A stretch of 28,853 bases of DNA from a bacterium (GCA_050125095.1 JASFEA010000022.1:1-28853); one strand, 5' to 3'. Shown: positions 19,049 through 27,721, counted from the stretch's first letter. Program-made: numbers and translations. The notes: a model not told the origin generated them from the sequence alone.

Positions 19049-20573
19049 AAGGATAATCAGGGGTGCCGCTCCGGGCTGCGCCCTCATAATCGTGTTGCTG
19101 CTTCTGACGCAGCCGGCCCCGGCCGGTCAGGCCGGAAGCAGCGAAGGAGGTATGGACAAGATGGAAGCCTCTGAAAGAGTCAGACAGCCCGCAGTGGCCG
19201 GCGCGTTTTATCCGGGGACGGCCGAAGAACTCCGGGAGGTCGTGACGGGCCTGCTGGACGCCGCGGAGCCGGCAAGGCTCAACGGGCGCCTGAGGGCGCT
19301 TATCTCGCCGCATGCCGGGTACATCTACTCGGGCGAGGTGGCCGCGCATGCCTACAAGCTGGTCGAGGGCAAGAAATTCGACGCCGTCATCGTGATCTCG
19401 CCGAGCCATCATGTCGCATTCAGGGGCGCTTCCATTTACGACGGCACGGCCTACAGCACCCCCCTCGGCCTCGCCAGCATAAACACGGACCTGGCGGCCA
19501 GGCTGCTGAACGGCTACGATTTCATAATGACCTACCCGGCCGCCCATATGAGAGAGCACGCGCTGGAGGTGCAGATACCGTTTCTCCAGGTGGCTGTGCC
19601 CGGACTCACCATCGTTCCGGTGGTCATGGGGGACCAGTCGCTGGCGGCCTGTACTCGCCTGGCCGAAGCCATTGCGGAGAACGTGAAGGACATGAACGTG
19701 CTCATCGTGGCGAGCTCGGACCTCTCGCATTTCCATACATACGACGAGGCCGTAAAGCTGGACAACATAATCGTGGAGCGCGTGCGCGACTACGACCCGG
19801 AGGGCCTGGCCCATGACCTGAGCTCCGGCAGATGCGAGGCCTGCGGCGGGGGTCCCATGATCACCGCCATGCTGGCCGCGAGGCTGCTCGGCGCGGACTC
19901 CACGGAGATACTCAAGTACGCCAATTCGGGCGACACCTCCGGCGATAAGTCAAGGGTGGTCGGATACCTGTCGGCGGCCGTATACGACAGGGAAGAAGTC
20001 GGCGTCAATCTCGGCCTCGGTCATGAGGAGAAGGTCGATCTTATCAGAATAGCCAGGGCGTCCATGGAGGCGGCCGTCAGGGGCGAAACCGTCCCCGAGT
20101 TCAAGGCCTCGACCCCGCTCCTCGGCGAGAAGCGCGGGGCGTTCGTCACTCTGACCAAGGAAGGGCAGCTCCGGGGATGCATCGGGCACATCAGGGGCAT
20201 CGAGCCGCTCTTCAGCACGGTTTCGAAGATGGCGGTGGCCGCCGCGCTCGAAGACCCCCGGTTTAATCCGGTGAAACCGCGGGAGCTCGAGCATATAGAG
20301 ATCGAGATCTCCGTGCTGACTCCCTTTGAGAAGATAAGCGACCCGTCTGAAGTCGTGGTGGGCACACATGGCATATATATCGAGAAAGGCCATAACCACG
20401 GCCTTCTCCTGCCGCAGGTGGCCACCGACTACAAGTGGGACCGCTATGAGTTCCTCGACCAGACCTGCAGGAAGGCGGGCCTGCCTGCGGGCGCCTGGAG
20501 GGAAGGCGCGACCATATACGTCTTTTCGGCCCAGATCTTCAACGAGGGCGAAGTCATGGGGCGCGTCGAATAG
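19032..20573 (+). CDS. amrB: AmmeMemoRadiSam system protein B (Memo-like) fused to protein A (AMMECR1-like), with an N-terminal signal-peptide-like extension
   Basis: Memo domain: RQPAVAGAFYP, PHAGYIYSG, SPSHH, EHALEVQIPFLQ, SSDLSHF, EACG, VVGY. AMMECR1 domain: GAFVTL, LRGCIG, DPRF, EISVLT, GLLLPQVA, CRKAG. Start is ATG 19032 or TTG 19038 (long form) or ATG 19161 (short form). Confidence 0.9.
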   Translation: MALTGKRIIRGAAPGCALIIVLLLLTQPAPAGQAGSSEGGMDKMEASERVRQPAVAGAFYPGTAEELREVVTGLLDAAEPARLNGRLRALISPHAGYIYSGEVAAHAYKLVEGKKFDAVIVISPSHHVAFRGASIYDGTAYSTPLGLASINTDLAARLLNGYDFIMTYPAAHMREHALEVQIPFLQVAVPGLTIVPVVMGDQSLAACTRLAEAIAENVKDMNVLIVASSDLSHFHTYDEAVKLDNIIVERVRDYDPEGLAHDLSSGRCEACGGGPMITAMLAARLLGADSTEILKYANSGDTSGDKSRVVGYLSAAVYDREEVGVNLGLGHEEKVDLIRIARASMEAAVRGETVPEFKASTPLLGEKRGAFVTLTKEGQLRGCIGHIRGIEPLFSTVSKMAVAAALEDPRFNPVKPRELEHIEIEISVLTPFEKISDPSEVVVGTHGIYIEKGHNHGLLLPQVATDYKWDRYEFLDQTCRKAGLPAGAWREGATIYVFSAQIFNEGEVMGRVE

Positions 20574-22812
20574 ACACCTGCAGCGCGCCCACGGCGATGA
20601 AGTTGACCAGCGCCACGGCCAGGGCTGCGCTCACGATTCCCAGGGCGGGGATGGTGAGAAAGCCCGTGGTGAATCCCGCCACGGACGCGCCCACGAGGTC
20701 GAGTGAATAGGCGACTGCTCCGGTTTCGGCCCCCGCCGGCGCCCGGCGCATGAGCGAGGCGGAGGCGGCCGTGAATACGCTCGCCCCGACCACGCCGGCC
20801 AGCGCGGAAAGCCCGATGTAAGCGGCGTCCAGGAGCGGCCCCGGAACCGCACGTCCCGGGGACTGCGCCCAGCGGAACACGGCCGCCACGACAACGGGCA
20901 GGCATATGAGCGCCGCCTGAAGCACGATCAGGCCGGGCCTCTCCCTTACGGCGCTGAGCCTGCGGCCTCCCAGTATCGCCGTCAATCCGAGTGCCACCAT
21001 GAAAGCGGCGATAACGACCGCCAGGCGCGTGTAGACATATCCCCTGCTTATCTGGAAGCAAATCATGATCAGCACGGTGGCGAACATGGTGGTGAACCCG
21101 CTGGAGTAAAGCGATATGAGAGGCCCCGCGGCCCGCAGCCGCAGTCTCGACCCCAGGGCGAAGGCGACGACGATGATGAGGCCCGTCGCGGCCAGAAGGA
21201 GAACCGTTGTGCCCGGTCCCAGGGCGGCAACGCCCCGGGCCAGGAATTTGCCCGTATCGAAGTGCTTGGCCCATATGGCGAGGGCGTATGAGAAGGTGAC
21301 GGGCCTGCCGTCGGAGTTGGCCGCGCCGTCGTCATAGAGCGCCAGCACGCTGTCGAGCTGCGCGGCGCGGAGTTCCGACAGCCTGTCGGTGAGGTAGAAC
21401 TCGTTGAGATACGCAGTCTCGAGACCCCTCTCGCGAAGTCTTGGAATCAGCCGCCGTTTGGCGCCTGCCAGGGGACGGTCGGATGCGAGGATGTGTATGG
21501 TCTCCCCGGGCAGAAGTTCCACATGCGGGAACACGAGCCTGAGCGCATTTACGATGGACGCGATCAGGCGGGTGAGCTCCGGGCCCATGTAAGCTCCCGG
21601 GGAATCCACTGTGAGCCCGATTATGCCCCCGGGAAGAAGCGCCTTGCCTGCCGATGAGAAGAACTCGGCCGTATAGAGCCTGTTGACCTGAAGGCTCAGG
21701 GGGGCGCCCGCCGCGAGAACAATAACGTCGTACCGCTTCCCGGCGGAGGCGACATAGGCCCGACCGTCGCCGAGTACGGCGTTGACGCTCCGTCCGCCAC
21801 CGCTCATATGGCCGTGCGGCCCGTACTTGCCGGCGAGGCTGATTATGGCGGGGTCGAGTTCGACGAAATCAAGCCGCTCCAGAGAGGGGTGCTTGAGGGA
21901 CTCGCCTATTACTCCCGACCCGCTGGCTCCGATAATGAGGACATCATGCGGCGCGGGATGATAGAGAAGCGGGATGTGGACGGTTTCCTCGGCGAACATG
22001 GGATCGGACACGGTGAAGGCGAGGGCGCCGCTCTCGTAGAAGTCGTGCAGGCCTTCGCGCTCGGTTATTACCACGTTGCCGTATTTGCTGTCCACGGTTT
22101 CCACGACGCGAAGCGGCCCCCATTCCATATCCCTGAGCCTGAGGTCTATGTCCGCGGCGCGGAACAGAACGAAGAAGCACGCAAGTATGAAAGCAGCTGT
22201 GGCCACTGCATGCTGCCTTCTCTCACGGGCCGGCGCCCGGCGCAGGGCCAGCATAGCGCCCGCCGCCGCCAGCACGGCGGCGAGCGCCGTTATCGCAACC
22301 GGGTTTGCAGCCTCCAGAAGCCAGAAGCTGAGCACGGCGCCGCCGATGCCCGACCCGAGAGCTTCGCCGCCGTAAACCGCGGGAAGGGGGGAGGCGTGCG
22401 ATGAATGCCTGCCGAGGCGCACGAGGCCGACAAAGAGCGCGCCCAGAAGGGCGGCGCATGGGGCGACTCCCAGCGCGGCCAGGGCCACCGTAAGAGCGGG
22501 GCTCAGGAGCTCGCCGGCCGGCGCAAAGGCCGGCCGGGCCAGGCGTATCAAAATGACTTGAAAAAGTGAAAACGCTCCTGCCATAATGAACAAGGTCGCC
22601 ACACCGGCACTGATGGAGCGGGGCTTGAAGCTGCGGCCTGCGGCCAGGCAGCCCAGTGAAACGGAAATCAGCCACAGGGCGAGGACCGTAGCGATGGTCA
22701 GCTCATTACCGGTGAATGCGACAAAGAGCTCGCGCAGGAGTACCACCTGCGAGATGGTCTCAAAGAGGCCCAGGCAGCAGCCGAGCAGGACGAGGTCTCT
22801 CTTAGTTTGCAT
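20554..22812 (-). CDS. Polytopic membrane protein fused to a spermidine-synthase-like (SAM/dcSAM-binding fold) domain
   Basis: N-terminal TM block ('SQVVLLRELFVAFTGNEL', 'YGGEALGSGIG'), central 'SKYGNV...HIPLLYHPAPHDVLIIG...VELDPAII...DGRAYV...NRLYTAEFF', 'NSDGRP', and a C-terminal TM block ('QISRGYVY', 'YSLDLVGAS'). Confidence 0.85.
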   Translation of the reverse strand: MQTKRDLVLLGCCLGLFETISQVVLLRELFVAFTGNELTIATVLALWLISVSLGCLAAGRSFKPRSISAGVATLFIMAGAFSLFQVILIRLARPAFAPAGELLSPALTVALAALGVAPCAALLGALFVGLVRLGRHSSHASPLPAVYGGEALGSGIGGAVLSFWLLEAANPVAITALAAVLAAAGAMLALRRAPARERRQHAVATAAFILACFFVLFRAADIDLRLRDMEWGPLRVVETVDSKYGNVVITEREGLHDFYESGALAFTVSDPMFAEETVHIPLLYHPAPHDVLIIGASGSGVIGESLKHPSLERLDFVELDPAIISLAGKYGPHGHMSGGGRSVNAVLGDGRAYVASAGKRYDVIVLAAGAPLSLQVNRLYTAEFFSSAGKALLPGGIIGLTVDSPGAYMGPELTRLIASIVNALRLVFPHVELLPGETIHILASDRPLAGAKRRLIPRLRERGLETAYLNEFYLTDRLSELRAAQLDSVLALYDDGAANSDGRPVTFSYALAIWAKHFDTGKFLARGVAALGPGTTVLLLAATGLIIVVAFALGSRLRLRAAGPLISLYSSGFTTMFATVLIMICFQISRGYVYTRLAVVIAAFMVALGLTAILGGRRLSAVRERPGLIVLQAALICLPVVVAAVFRWAQSPGRAVPGPLLDAAYIGLSALAGVVGASVFTAASASLMRRAPAGAETGAVAYSLDLVGASVAGFTTGFLTIPALGIVSAALAVALVNFIAVGALQVSIRRAP

Positions 22813-22890
22813 TGCTCAATATCTTCCTTGATTTGTTTGAGAGGGTATCATAGCTTAGTCACGTACTCAAGCATGTGATAAGGAAGTGCA
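22813..22890. promoter_or_regulatory. AT-rich divergent intergenic region with overlapping sigma70-like promoters
   Basis: + strand TTGATT(22828-22833)-17-TAGCTT(22851-22856); - strand TTGAGT(22870-22865)-17-TACCCT(22847-22842); both flanking genes are preceded by AAGGAAG. Confidence 0.5.
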
Positions 22891-23274
22891 ATGGCGCAGA
22901 ATGACATCCTGGAGCAGATCGAGAAGATCGTCTCGGACGACGAGCGATACAGGATCGAAGCCTATGTCTTCATAATGCACGCTCTGGATATGGCCGTTTC
23001 ACGCAAGGCCCGGAAGGGCCACGTGAGCGGAGAGGAACTCCTGGAGAGCGTCAGAGATTACGGACGGCATCTCTTCGGCCCCACGGCCAAGATGGTGTTC
23101 GAGCACTGGGGCGTAAATGAAACCGCGGACTTCGGCAACATCGTATTCAATCTCGTGGGCGCGGGTATATTGAATACAAGCGATACCGACAGCCCCGAGG
23201 ACTTCGCCGCCGTCTACGATTTCGATGAGGTCTTTGACAGGGAGTACGACTGGAAGATCGAGGACCCTCTATAG
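22891..23274 (+). CDS. Minf_1886-family conserved protein (Verrucomicrobia/Planctomycetes-type hypothetical protein)
   Basis: Recognisable family pattern 'DxRYxxEAYxF...HVSGxELL...FGPxAxxVFEHWGV..TxDFGxIVFNLV..G.L......EDF..VYDF'; SD AAGGAAG. Confidence 0.8.
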   Translation: MAQNDILEQIEKIVSDDERYRIEAYVFIMHALDMAVSRKARKGHVSGEELLESVRDYGRHLFGPTAKMVFEHWGVNETADFGNIVFNLVGAGILNTSDTDSPEDFAAVYDFDEVFDREYDWKIEDPL

Positions 23275-23290
23275 CGTTTGGGGGAAGTTC

Positions 23291-23749
23291 ATGGCTCCAC
23301 GCAGAGAGGACATAATCGACGACATCCGGCACCTGCAGGAGACCATGGAGAGGCTCCTGTCGGATTTCTCCCGGCTCAGGACTCCGCTTCTTCTGGGCAA
23401 GGAATACGTGTGGAGGCCGCTGACGGATGTCTATGAAACCGATACCGATTTCGTGATCCGCATGGACATAGCGGGAATGGACCCCGATGATTTCGAGGTC
23501 AACCTGCACGGCAGAATACTGACGATCCGCGGCGTCAGGCATGACCCTGTGCACGACGAGCACAGGCACTTCCACAAGATGGAAATAAACCTGGGCGCAT
23601 TCGAGAGGAATATAGAGGTACCGCATCATATCGGCATCTCGTCGGTGGGCGCCCATTATGAGAACGGCTTCCTGGTGGTGAGAATGGCCAAGGGAGCGAG
23701 CCGGGTCAGGCGGCGCGAGCGCATCGTACCCGTGGACAAGGGGGTGTAG
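23291..23749 (+). CDS. Small heat-shock protein (Hsp20/alpha-crystallin family)
   Basis: 'WRPLTDVYET', 'MDIAGM', 'LTIRGVR', 'MEINLGAFER', 'AHYENGFLVVRMAK'. Confidence 0.9.
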   Translation: MAPRREDIIDDIRHLQETMERLLSDFSRLRTPLLLGKEYVWRPLTDVYETDTDFVIRMDIAGMDPDDFEVNLHGRILTIRGVRHDPVHDEHRHFHKMEINLGAFERNIEVPHHIGISSVGAHYENGFLVVRMAKGASRVRRRERIVPVDKGV

Positions 23750-23750
23750 A

Positions 23751-24827
23751 GTGCCCCGGTGGCCGACAAAGGGCATGCTGTCCGTGGCGAGCAAGATGTT
23801 CGCCCGCAAGAATATCGACCAGCCGTTCTCGCTCTCCGAGCTGCGGCAGAGCGCCCGAAGGGTGCTGGCGGTGGCGCCGGTCGGCCTCGCGGAGATGATG
23901 CTCCTGTATCCCGCCCTCTCGCTGCTCAGAAAGACGCTGCCCCAGTCCAGGCTCATCTGCATAGTAGAGGGCAATCAGGCCGACCTCCTGAGGGGCGAGT
24001 CCCTTGTGGACGACTTCGTGCACTTCCCCGAGCTCAAGGGCACGAGGGGACTCATGACCTACAGGTCGCTCGTCTCCGACATCCGCGACCGCGCACCGGA
24101 GGCGGCGTTCTATTTCGATTTCAGATACGACTTCTACCGCCAGTTCCTGCCGCTCCTCGCGGGGGCGCGCCTCAGGGCCAAGCTCAGGGGCGACGCCGGC
24201 TATCCCCTCTTCAATGTCGAAGTGGTGCCCAAGGACGACACGGCCTACTTCCTCGACCTCAATCTCTCGCTGGTGCGCTTCCTCACGACCTCCGACATGA
24301 AACCCGATTTCTGGGAGCTGCCCGGGAAGGAGATCGAGATTGCGCGCGAGATTATCAAGTTCAGGAAGCCCGACCCCAACGAAATCCTCGTCGGCGTCGA
24401 TCTCGGCATGACCAAGGCGGCGGGCCCGCCCCCGTTCGATACGATGGTGCGCCTGGCGCGCAGCTTCTCCGCCCTCAGGCCCTGCCGCATAGCGCTGCTT
24501 TCGGATCCCGAGCCCGGCATAAAGGACGATGAGATTGCGCGCTTCGGCGATTACGAATGGCTGGACATTCCCAGGAAGAGCTTCAGGGACACCCTCGGCA
24601 TTCTATCCCAGTGCGACCTCTTCATCACGGCAAACACGACTTTGTTCCATTTCTCCGTAGCCATGGGCGTGCCGACTTTCGCCCTGTTCTCGGACAAGGA
24701 CGACCTCAGGTGGATCCCCGGGGCCGCCAACTTCGACCTCATCGATGAGGAGAAGTGGTCGCAGACGCCGCCCGCCAAGCTCGCGATGCAGATGCGGGAC
24801 TTCGTTATGAGCGTCGCAAAGGTCTGA
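23751..24827 (+). CDS. Divergent glycosyltransferase family 9 (heptosyltransferase-like) protein
   Basis: GT9-like N-terminus 'RRVLAVAPVGLAEMMLLYPALSLLRKTLPQSRL' and C-terminus 'CDLFITANTTLFHFSVAMGVPTFALF...RW'; the start may instead be ATG 23775. Confidence 0.75.
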   Translation: MPRWPTKGMLSVASKMFARKNIDQPFSLSELRQSARRVLAVAPVGLAEMMLLYPALSLLRKTLPQSRLICIVEGNQADLLRGESLVDDFVHFPELKGTRGLMTYRSLVSDIRDRAPEAAFYFDFRYDFYRQFLPLLAGARLRAKLRGDAGYPLFNVEVVPKDDTAYFLDLNLSLVRFLTTSDMKPDFWELPGKEIEIAREIIKFRKPDPNEILVGVDLGMTKAAGPPPFDTMVRLARSFSALRPCRIALLSDPEPGIKDDEIARFGDYEWLDIPRKSFRDTLGILSQCDLFITANTTLFHFSVAMGVPTFALFSDKDDLRWIPGAANFDLIDEEKWSQTPPAKLAMQMRDFVMSVAKV

Positions 24828-24829
24828 TT

Positions 24830-26701
24830 ATGGAATCCCTCAGATTGTATTTGAGAATAGTATCCACGCTCAAGCCATACTGGCGGCGGCTGGTGCTGGC
24901 TGTCGCGCTGATGGTCTTCGTCGCAGTTTTCAGCGGCTTCTCCATAGGCATGATGCTGCCCTTCGTGAACGTCATATTCGGGGGGAGCGACATGCTCGGG
25001 TTGACTGAGGATGCGGCCCAGGCGGGCGGGGCGGTGACGCCCGTCGACTCGGTGCAGGAAAACGTACGGCAGTACATCCTGTCGTTTTACGTGACCGACT
25101 CTCCGGTGGACTCTCTCGTTCGCATCTGTCTTACGGTGCTGGTTCTGTATTTCATGAAGGCGATGTTCACCTACTTCCTTTCCGTGACCCTCATATGGCT
25201 GGAGCAGCGCGTGGTGCGGGACGTCCGGAACGCCCTCTATGCGCATCTCCACAGGCTCTCGCTTTCGTACTTTCACGCTAACAGGACGGGCCAGACCATA
25301 TCCAGGATCACCAATGACGTTAGCCTGCTGCGCCTTACGATTTCGACGGGTTTCTTGAGTTTCTTAAGGGACCTCATGATCACGCTGGCATATGCCGGAA
25401 TAGTGTTCTGGATATCCTGGCGGCTGGCGCTGGTCGCATTCGTGGTGATGCTGCCCATAGCCTACTTCGTGGGGCGGCTGAGCCGGAGACTCAGGAAGTA
25501 CTCGACCAGGGCCCAGGAGAAGGCCGCGGACTATACCAGCGTCCTGCAGGAGACCGTGTCGGGAATACGTGTCGTCAAGGCCTTCGGCATGGAGCGGTTC
25601 GAGAAGAAGAAGTTCCGCAGGGACACCGACGGCTTTTTCAACGCCGTCATGAAACAGCAGCGGGCGGCGGTGCTCGCCCCGCCCATGACCGAGTTCCTGG
25701 GCGCCCTGGGAGCTCTTGCGGTCCTGTGGTACGGCGGCATGCAGGTGCTTGAGGGCAACCTCCTGACTCCCGACTGGTTTCTCATTTTCCTGGGCGCAAT
25801 GCTCTCCATCATGCACCCGGCCAAGTCGCTCGTGAGTGCAAACTCCGTCATACAGGAAGGGCTCGCGGCCGGCAAGCGCATCTTCTCTCTCCTGGACACC
25901 GAACCCGAGATCGCGGACTCCCCCGGAGCCGTCGAGGTCGACGGCATTCATGAGTACGTGAGGTTTGTCGACGTGAGTTTCGCCTATGACGGCGACGATT
26001 TCGTGCTCAAGGACGTCAACCTGACAGTCAAGAAGGGCCAGATCGTCGCGCTCGTCGGGCCGAGCGGCGCGGGCAAGTCAACCCTGGTTGACCTGGTGGC
26101 GCGCTTCTACGACCCGGTGGAGGGAAGGGTGGAGCTCGACGGCGTGGACATCCGCAGCATAAGAATCGACTCGCTGCGGTCGCTCATGGGCATAGTGACG
26201 CAGGAGACCATACTCTTTAACGACAGCGTATTCAATAACATCGCCTACGGCCTGGAGGACATAGCGCATGAGCGGGTGATAGAGGCGGCCAGGGCCGCCA
26301 ACGCCCATGATTTCGTGGAGGGCCTTGCCGAGGGCTATGACACGGTTATAGGCGACAGGGGAGTGCGGCTCTCGGGGGGCGAGCGCCAGCGCATTGCCAT
26401 AGCGCGTGCGCTGCTCAAGGACCCCCAGATATTCATATTCGACGAGGCCACATCGTCGCTGGACTCCGAGTCCGAGAAACTGGTGCAGGAGGCAATACAA
26501 CGCCTTATGACCACCAGGACCACATTCGTGATCGCCCACCGGCTCTCCACGGTGAGCAACGCCGACCTCATAGTGGTCATCGATAACGGCAGAGTTGTCG
26601 AGACCGGCGACCATGAAAACCTGCTGGCCGAAGGCGGCCTTTACAAGAAACTCTACGACATACAGTTCAGAGATTACAGCCCGTCCACGCGTGAGGGGTA
26701 A
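24830..26701 (+). CDS. msbA: Lipid A export ABC transporter (fused permease/ATPase), MsbA-like
   Basis: TM domain with 'SRITNDV' and 'SGIRVVKAF'; NBD GPSGAGKST, VTQETILFND, LSGGERQRIAIARA, DEATSSLD, IAHRLST; flanked by LPS core genes. Confidence 0.88.
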   Translation: MESLRLYLRIVSTLKPYWRRLVLAVALMVFVAVFSGFSIGMMLPFVNVIFGGSDMLGLTEDAAQAGGAVTPVDSVQENVRQYILSFYVTDSPVDSLVRICLTVLVLYFMKAMFTYFLSVTLIWLEQRVVRDVRNALYAHLHRLSLSYFHANRTGQTISRITNDVSLLRLTISTGFLSFLRDLMITLAYAGIVFWISWRLALVAFVVMLPIAYFVGRLSRRLRKYSTRAQEKAADYTSVLQETVSGIRVVKAFGMERFEKKKFRRDTDGFFNAVMKQQRAAVLAPPMTEFLGALGALAVLWYGGMQVLEGNLLTPDWFLIFLGAMLSIMHPAKSLVSANSVIQEGLAAGKRIFSLLDTEPEIADSPGAVEVDGIHEYVRFVDVSFAYDGDDFVLKDVNLTVKKGQIVALVGPSGAGKSTLVDLVARFYDPVEGRVELDGVDIRSIRIDSLRSLMGIVTQETILFNDSVFNNIAYGLEDIAHERVIEAARAANAHDFVEGLAEGYDTVIGDRGVRLSGGERQRIAIARALLKDPQIFIFDEATSSLDSESEKLVQEAIQRLMTTRTTFVIAHRLSTVSNADLIVVIDNGRVVETGDHENLLAEGGLYKKLYDIQFRDYSPSTREG

Positions 26702-26707
26702 GCCGCG

Positions 26708-27721
26708 ATGGACTTCGCAGTCATCCGCCTCTCATCCTTCGGCGACATCATCCTCACCGAACCGGTGACGCGCGCCATCAAGGAGCGCCACCCCGAGGCC
26801 AGGGTGTACTTCATAGCCCGCTCGGAATTCGCCGGGGTGCCCGTCATGTTCGAGGCCGTGGACGAGGTCATGCCCTACAGCAAAGCGGGACATAACAACG
26901 AGATCGAGAGGCTCGGGAAGGTCGTGGACTTCGAGGCCGTGCTCGATCTTCAGAACAACCTGCGCTCGCGCCGCATCTCGGGCCGGCTAAAGAAGAAGCG
27001 GCTCGTACGCTACAGAAGGCCGGTGGTCAGACGTTTCCTGACGGTCAAGATGCCCTGGCTCTATAAGGGGAACCTGAGACACACGGTGGACCTCTACGGC
27101 GACGCCCTCGCCCGGCTCGATATACCGCTACAGGGCCGTCAGCCCCGCATAGAGCCGGGTGGGGAGGCCCGGGCGAAGGCTCAGGCGCGCTTTGGACCCG
27201 TGCCGGTGCAGGGTCGTTTCGTGGCGCTCTGCCCCGGTGGGAGCAGCGAATTCAAACGCTGGCCGGAGTCGTCATTCGCAGAACTCGCCGTCTTGCTCCA
27301 CAAATCCGGAGAGCGCGTCATGGTGGCCGGTTCGGAAGAGGACCGGCGTCAGGTGGAAGCCGTGGCGGCCCTCGCTGCCGAGGCCGGTCCCATGGCGGTA
27401 GTCAGCGGCGACCCGGCCGAGCTGGCCGCGCTGCTCTCGAGAATGGTGGTGACGGTGACCAACGACTCCGGTCTCATGCACCTGGCCGCGGCTGTCGGTT
27501 CGATGGTGGTTGCCGTCTTCGGCCCGACCAGTCCCAGCCTGGGCTTCGGACCGCTGGGGCCGCGCCACAGGGTGATCAGCCTCGGCCTGGGCTGCAGCCC
27601 ATGCTCATATCATGGCAATAGGCCGTGCCGAATGAAGAGGCGCGTTTGCATGGAAGACCTCACGCCGGAGGAGGTCAGGCGCGAGGTCCTGCTTTGCCTC
27701 GGAGATGTGGAATATGAATAA
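26708..27721 (+). CDS. Glycosyltransferase family 9 (ADP-heptose:LPS heptosyltransferase)
   Basis: 'IRLSSFGDIILT', 'DLQNNLRS', 'LCPGG...KRWP', 'TNDSGLMHLAAAVG', 'FGPT', C-terminal CSPC-x7-C-x6-C. Confidence 0.9.
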   Translation: MDFAVIRLSSFGDIILTEPVTRAIKERHPEARVYFIARSEFAGVPVMFEAVDEVMPYSKAGHNNEIERLGKVVDFEAVLDLQNNLRSRRISGRLKKKRLVRYRRPVVRRFLTVKMPWLYKGNLRHTVDLYGDALARLDIPLQGRQPRIEPGGEARAKAQARFGPVPVQGRFVALCPGGSSEFKRWPESSFAELAVLLHKSGERVMVAGSEEDRRQVEAVAALAAEAGPMAVVSGDPAELAALLSRMVVTVTNDSGLMHLAAAVGSMVVAVFGPTSPSLGFGPLGPRHRVISLGLGCSPCSYHGNRPCRMKRRVCMEDLTPEEVRREVLLCLGDVEYE

